Below are positions 57,744 to 64,000 of a DNA stretch of 64,000 bases, piece by piece. Location of the stretch: contig OX597830.1 in assembly GCA_951406725.2 (NCBI GenBank), positions 66,960,001-67,024,000 on the forward strand, written 5' to 3'. Position 1 is the stretch's first letter. Every line of letters begins with the position of its first letter. The translations under genes and the position numbers were made by a program. This DNA is from Octopus vulgaris. Its lineage: Eukaryota. The notes below the pieces were generated by a model. That model did no database searches. It was given only the letters and a program-made list of their open reading frames with translations, and had not been told where the DNA came from.

Positions 57744-59392
57744 TTATCAAGCTACATACGTTATTAAAGTGTTCTTGTAGATGCACAACAGAGCGTCGAT
57801 GAACTTTTCTCTGCGGTGGATTACCAACAGCACTGATTTTTTCTCTGTGACTTTTTCCTGGATTCGACATAGTTCTGTATAAGTATTAATGCATAACGGT
57901 TGGCAAGTATAGAAAAAGAGAAACAAAATGTTTAGTCTGTCCTGGTTACGTGACTGCTAAATCTGTTTGCTAAAGCGCGCCAAGAACTTCGTCGTCAAGC
58001 AAAGAATGGTGATATCTTTGATTAATCAGAAACTAGCACAATGGATCACTGTGACAATAGCTGTTTAGATTATTACATTTTTGTTTTAATTCAACCCTTG
58101 TTCGATAATGTATTCCGTATTGTGTAAAATGTGACTAGTATGAGATCGATTTTTATTTAGAATAAGAAAGGAAATGTATGTTGTTCAATATTATTTGCTC
58201 ATACTAATCGTTTTTCAATGAGCGAAAAAAAGTCAAGGAGGCTTCTATGTGGGTTCGCTAAAAGTAACAGCCAACTTTCCCTCAGATTCAGTAGCGCCTC
58301 GTATATAGGCACTGTGGAACTGTTTCCACTCAATATTAATGACAACATTCTATATAATGGAGTCATTTTTTCTTTAATTCTTTCTTTATACTTGTTCATT
58401 ATTTAATCCTTAAACTTAATGTCAGTAGGCATCGCCTAGTTTATGAAAAAATGCAAAAATCCTTGTATAGAACAGTGTGCTTCACAGTGCCAACGACGCG
58501 GTGCTTGACTGTTGTGTGCATGCTCACATGTCCTAGATAGGAAGCTGTACGCTAGGGAGAGAGAGCACTGTCGTTCACGCAGTGCCGACCCTGTGTATTG
58601 GTGAAAGGTAGTATTTCTTTTTGATCCGCGTGTGTTGTGCTTCAAAACGTGTTTATATTCTTGAATGTGATAAAGTGTAGAATTAGATTACTATCCTGCT
58701 TCCAGCTTTAGTGTTGCTGCCAGGATTTGAAAAATAGGGTGGACCCCCCCATCCTATTTTGTGATTGGTGGTGGTGGTGGTGGTGGGGTTAATAAAACAA
58801 GGGGTTATTCGCGGCAGTGTTCAGTAAACAAATTAAACACACTACTCGGCAGTGGTTAAAACCCGAACCAATCAAGTTTATGTATAAATTTTCTTTTTCA
58901 TGTTTGTTTCCTTTTACACAGTATTAAAAACAACGGCTAAAATTTTTCTGAAGCAGCATCCCAACTAATTTTATATACGAGCCGCCACTGCTCAGATTAC
59001 TCCATTTAATCGTACAAATGTCTGAAAAAAGAAAGGTCATGAGATATTCATGCCTCGAACAGGGACGATGTGGGACTACTCCACAACCAAAACAACAATA
59101 ACCCAGCCTTCAGTTTTCTCAAAGTTAAGCAAAGCTGATCAATATTATCTACTACAGCTAAAATATCTATTGGTCATCACAATCGTCTGGTACTCTCAGG
59201 ATTCCACTCGTTGTTGTTGTTGTTGTTGTTGCTTAGCTACACATCTGATCGAGCAAACTAAACCTGCGACTAAAGTTCTTCAAACAGTGACTAGTCTTGC
59301 CTCCACTTCTTCAGTTTCTTCAATATATATATCTATCTTTTAAGATAGAAGAATTCAAAGAGATTCAGATGGTACTATCTAGCTATCTGTCA

Positions 59393-59452
<60 letters not shown>

Positions 59453-59473
59453 GCCTGTCTGTCAGTCTGTCTG

Positions 59474-59534
<61 letters not shown>

Positions 59535-59589
59535 GCATATATATATGTATATATGTATATATATATGTATATATATATATATGTATATA

Positions 59590-59686
<97 letters not shown>

Positions 59687-59865
59687 GTATATGTATATAT
59701 ATATGCATATATATGTGCAATACGTTTATCTGTCTGTCTGTATGTCCGTCCATCCATCCATCTATCAATCTATTCACACATATGTGTATGTATGTATATA
59801 TATATGCGTAGGTGTGTGCGTTATATATATTTGTACATATGTATGTACATATGTGTATACATATT

Positions 59866-59927
<62 letters not shown>

Positions 59928-60734
59928 TACATATATACATATACTTATATGCGTGTACATGTACAAATATGTACATATATACTTGTACTTACACGCGTAC
60001 GTGCATACATACTTATGCACCCACACACACACACACACATTAAACCTTGGTTTCTAGTTTAGAATTTCTGTTTACTTCACAATATGGAAGTCTATTATCT
60101 CGTCGTCAATATTAATATACTCTTTTTCGGATTTGTTACTTCTTTTTTTTCTTTCTTTTAATCTTTATTTTTTACACATCCTATATTTCAAATAGATGGT
60201 AAAACTCAAAAGAGATATATATATGTTCGCAACTTTTTTTTTTTTTTTTTTAAACTGAATTTGCAGATATGCAAAGCAAATATATGAAAGTGAATAAAAA
60301 AGATAGCAGACCCAGTACAGATCGATTGCATATTTTCGATGTTGAAGTGCTTGCCGTGTGTTTGCTGCAATAACATAAGACTTCTCTCTAAGCACACTCG
60401 CGTCTGTTAACGTCGTTATCTCAAAGCTAAAAACTTCCATCGTCTTTAATTCAACGCGTGTAATATTTTCAGATGAGACGCATTTGTTTTGAATCTGATC
60501 TCAAGTGTTGTAACCGAAATCTCATCGTGTAAATATCTCCTTGGTTTTACTAATCCGCGTCACTGATTGTCCCTCTATTTCTGTTCATATACACAATCAT
60601 ACACATGCGCACAGGTAGGCAGACAGACAGACAGATAAGCATTTATCACTTTAGGTTTTACCAACTTAGTACAAAATGCTTCGGCTGAGGAGGTTTAAAG
60701 AAAGTTCAAACATATCCATGATTTTCACATATCC

Positions 60735-60946
60735 ATTATTTTGCGTTGCTCCAGTCCACTCGGCTGGCAAAAATTAGTAGGGCCAACTTTGTCAAACTAT
60801 TTGTCATGCTGAAACTCCTTGAGAACTACGTTAAGGGTACACGTGTCTGTGGAGTGCTCAACCACTTGAACGTTAATTTCATGAGCAGGCTGTTCCGTTG
60901 ATCGGATCAACTGGAACCCTCGTCGTCGTAACCGACGGAGTGCCAG
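60735..60946 (+). mobile_element. SINE family E, partial
   Basis: CGTTGCTCCAGTCCACTC core followed by the C-type tail ...CGTAACCGACGGAGTGCC. Confidence 0.82.
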
Positions 60947-61087
60947 CTAGACTTTAAAATATCGTGCACTTTATTAAAACTATTAATCCTTTGGATAACT
61001 TAAGAGGTGTTCCCATTGTATTCATTCCAAGTCTCAAATTGCTTCTCTCTACGGTAACAACACCCTTCACTATGGGATGTTGGCAAC

Positions 61088-61878
61088 CAGGCATGAGCAG
61101 TGGCGTAGCCAGGTTCTGAGGAGCGAGCACTTAAAAAAAGGCGCCGTGACAATTACCAAACAATCCTTAACTCATTGATTATACATTTTATATAATGTCT
61201 GAGTGGTTAGAGCGTTGGGCTCACAATCATCAGGTAGTGCGTTCGATTTCCAGACCGGGCTGTGTGTTGTGTTCTTGAGCAAGACACTTTATTTCACGTT
61301 GCTCCAGTTCACTCAGCTGTAGAAATTAGTTGTGACGTCACTGGTGCCAAGCTGTATCGACTTCTGTCCTTCCCTTGGGTAGCATCGGTGACGTAGAGAC
61401 GGGAGGCTGATATGCATGGGTAACTACCGGTCTTCTATAAACAACGTTGTCCGGACTTGTACCCCGGAGGGTAACTTTCTAGGTGCAATCCCATGGTCAT
61501 TAGTGCCCTAAGAGGGTCTTTACTCTCATGTGTGTGTGTGTGTGTGTGTGTGTAGGCGCATGGCTCCGTAGTTAGAGAGTCGGACAATCATGAGGTAGTA
61601 AGTTTGATTCCTGGTGCAATCCCATGGTCATTAATGACCAGAGGGGCCCCTTTATAACAGGCGCCAATATTGAAAAATGTGTTCAGCCGGAACGATTGCT
61701 CCCTTTGCTCCCTTATACACTACGCCACTAGGCATGGGCAAGGTTCTTCGAGAAGCGGGCCGCATGAGACATGATGCATCTTCAGGCAGGTCGCACTGCT
61801 AAAAACATTTGAAGGTAATTTTTCGCTGGCTTGTTACTCAGAAAGTCCCGCGGGCCGCAGTCTGCCCTACATTATGGT
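61088..61878. mobile_element. hAT (Charlie-type) MITE relic whose left TIR was hit by another hAT
   Basis: Reconstructed CAGGCATGGGCAAG start, two GCGGGCCGCA subterminal motifs, degenerate GTCTGCCC end. Confidence 0.6.
61098..61730. mobile_element. hAT (Tip100-like) MITE carrying nested SINE D copies (61195-61525; deleted copy 61554-61650)
   Basis: TIR CAGTGGCGTAG / CTACGCCACTA; 8-bp TSD GGCATGAG / GGCATGGG. Confidence 0.8.
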
Positions 61879-62296
61879 TTACTTGTCCCTTCTTCCGACC
61901 ACTCTCAAAGGTCCTGCAGCAGATCTGAGCCACCGCCATTGCTGTTTTTGAATTAGACACATTAAAAAAAAGAAGCAAGCAAAAAAAAAAAGAACCTTAT
62001 TACAATATAAAGAAAAAACACAAAAAAAGCATTGAAATATTTTTATAGATATTTGTGTTTTTGATTTCCGTTCATGTTTTACTTGATCTGGGAGTCATTA
62101 TACCTTCAAACATTAAATGGAAATGGCCGTCATATTTATATATAGCTTGATATATATTTTTTTCATAAATACAATTTCCTAGTGAAAACTTTATTCCTAT
62201 AACATATTAGTAACAGTTTTCTGGAAAGCATTCAAAATAAGAATGTAGAAAAAAAAGTCATATTTATGTCTCTCTCTCCACGTATCTATCTGTTTG

Positions 62297-62395
<99 letters not shown>

Positions 62396-62418
62396 GTCTG
62401 TCTGTCTGTCTATCTATA

Positions 62419-62456
<38 letters not shown>

Positions 62457-62892
62457 CATCTTTTGTGTCTCTTTTGTCACACATACACAAACATATATAC
62501 AAACATACATGCATGCATACATACATGCAACCAATCAAAGATACGCACACACACTCACACACACACACACACATATTGACGCACTCATACACACAAATAC
62601 ACATGCGTTTTACATATAAGTTCATGAAAGCCATCAATCTTGTTACTCGCTGCCTGTATAATCCGGAACTTTAGCATTTCCCCAATGAGTTTTTGAATCA
62701 CATGGTTAAGTACATGTCAGACTTCTAAGTTGTCTTCAGCTATTTTGCTTCCAAATTTGCAATTTTTTTTTACACCAATTCTCTAATTTGTTGTCATACA
62801 TAAATAAAAAATAAAATAAAAAGGAGCTTTTTACAACCATAAAGGGGGGGGGGGTGTTAATGTAGCTTTTTACGTTCTGAGATTTAATAATA

Positions 62893-63137
62893 AATTTTTA
62901 GAGAGTTACTTCCCTTATATATGCCAAAAATGCATTAAAAATGGGAAAAATTGATGGTAAATTTTTTAAAAATCGTAGACTCATCGTAGACGCGCGCTAA
63001 TACCCAGAAAGGCTCGATATGAATCACGACTATAAGATACCCGGTTTTGGTTAAACTGCACCGCAAAATGTGGGAGTAGTTAGGAATCTAAATCGTAGGA
63101 GACAGACAGCACACAACCTCTCTTTTATATATAAAGA
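62893..63137 (-). mobile_element. Second copy of the Helitron family at 56451 (5' part; 3' end not found)
   Basis: About 245 bp highly similar to 56507-56756, with the same A|TC start. Confidence 0.85.
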
Positions 63138-63799
63138 TATGCAGAGAATATTTGAAAAACCCATCACCTTCATTTAAGACCTTTTTTTCCCACCAAAACA
63201 TTTTCATATGTATTCAAACGATCTACATTATAACGTCACGGGTTTAATTCGTGGGCCGGGTAGCGCGTTATATCCTTGAGCAAGAAACTTCATTTGACTT
63301 CATGTTACTACTCAGCTGTAAATGAGTACCAGTTGAGTGCTTTGGTAGCTTTAATCTCTTTCTTTCTCTCTCTCTGCCTCTGTCTTCTCCCTCTCTTTTC
63401 CTCTTTCCGGCTGTGACATCCTGCATGTGCCACCAGAAGAGAAGCGGAGTTGGAGCGCCGCAAGAGTGGGAGTCCAACCCGCCCCATGCTCTTACGGGGC
63501 CGGAGCTTTTGGATCTGTCGTATCAACCCATGCAGTCTGTTCTGACCCTAGGAGCGAGTGGCAAACTCAGAGACCACCCCGGATTGCGTATACTCTAGCC
63601 ACACCAATACGTTTAGTGGTACGAGAGTTACGAGTGTATGTCTGCTTTCGATTACACAGGCACCTAAAACAATAAGCGAAAGCGTGGTACATGTTACTGT
63701 TACCCTGTCCTATCCGTGTGCAAGTGACGACTGGCTCTTCAAATATCTTTTATGCGCAATACAGATGAGTGAACTTGGATCTACAGGGAAGGCCACGAC

Positions 63800-64000
63800 C
63801 TGGTAGGAAAGCTAGCACGCCGGGCAAAATGCTTTGCAGCATTTCGTCCGCCTTTACATTTTGGGGGTCGATAAAATAAGTACCAGTTGAGCCCTGGGGT
63901 CGAGGTAATCGACTTGCCACCTCCCCACCAAATTGCTGACCTTGTGCAAAAATCTGAAACCAATATTAATTATTAGACACAAGGCGGCGAGTTGGCTGAA
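63800..64000 (+). mobile_element. Old SINE B-related copies
   Basis: TAGCACGCCGGGCAAAATGC...GGGTCGATAAAATAAGTACCAG; a new head AAGGCGGCGAG begins at the window edge. Confidence 0.8.

Overview
Repeat-dominated, AT-rich eukaryotic non-coding DNA (intergenic or a very large intron). It is most likely from an octopod cephalopod; this is inferred from the SINE repertoire and the extreme microsatellite load. No host protein-coding exon can be supported, and almost all ORFs in the supplied track are microsatellite or SINE artefacts. The window holds at least five tRNA-headed SINE families (called A-E here) that share heads, cores and tails. Decayed autonomous elements include two RTE LINE 3' ends (one 5'-inverted), a HERO/R2-group LINE 3' end, a gag-like zinc-knuckle ORF1 and a complete Tc1 relic with both TIRs. 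There are also Merlin-like, hAT-like and foldback MITEs, non-autonomous Helitrons and Penelope-like fragments. The most notable observations are: a hammerhead-like core in non-canonical order in the HERO 3' UTR; a type I hammerhead with a long stem II; SINE B self-targeting at RGHA sites to form seamless tandem arrays; a twin-priming-type RTE inversion; an apparently ORF1-only retroelement whose frame is restored by removing a Helitron; and a 76-bp snap-back hairpin inside one SINE. Family and domain names are from recall and were not checked against databases.
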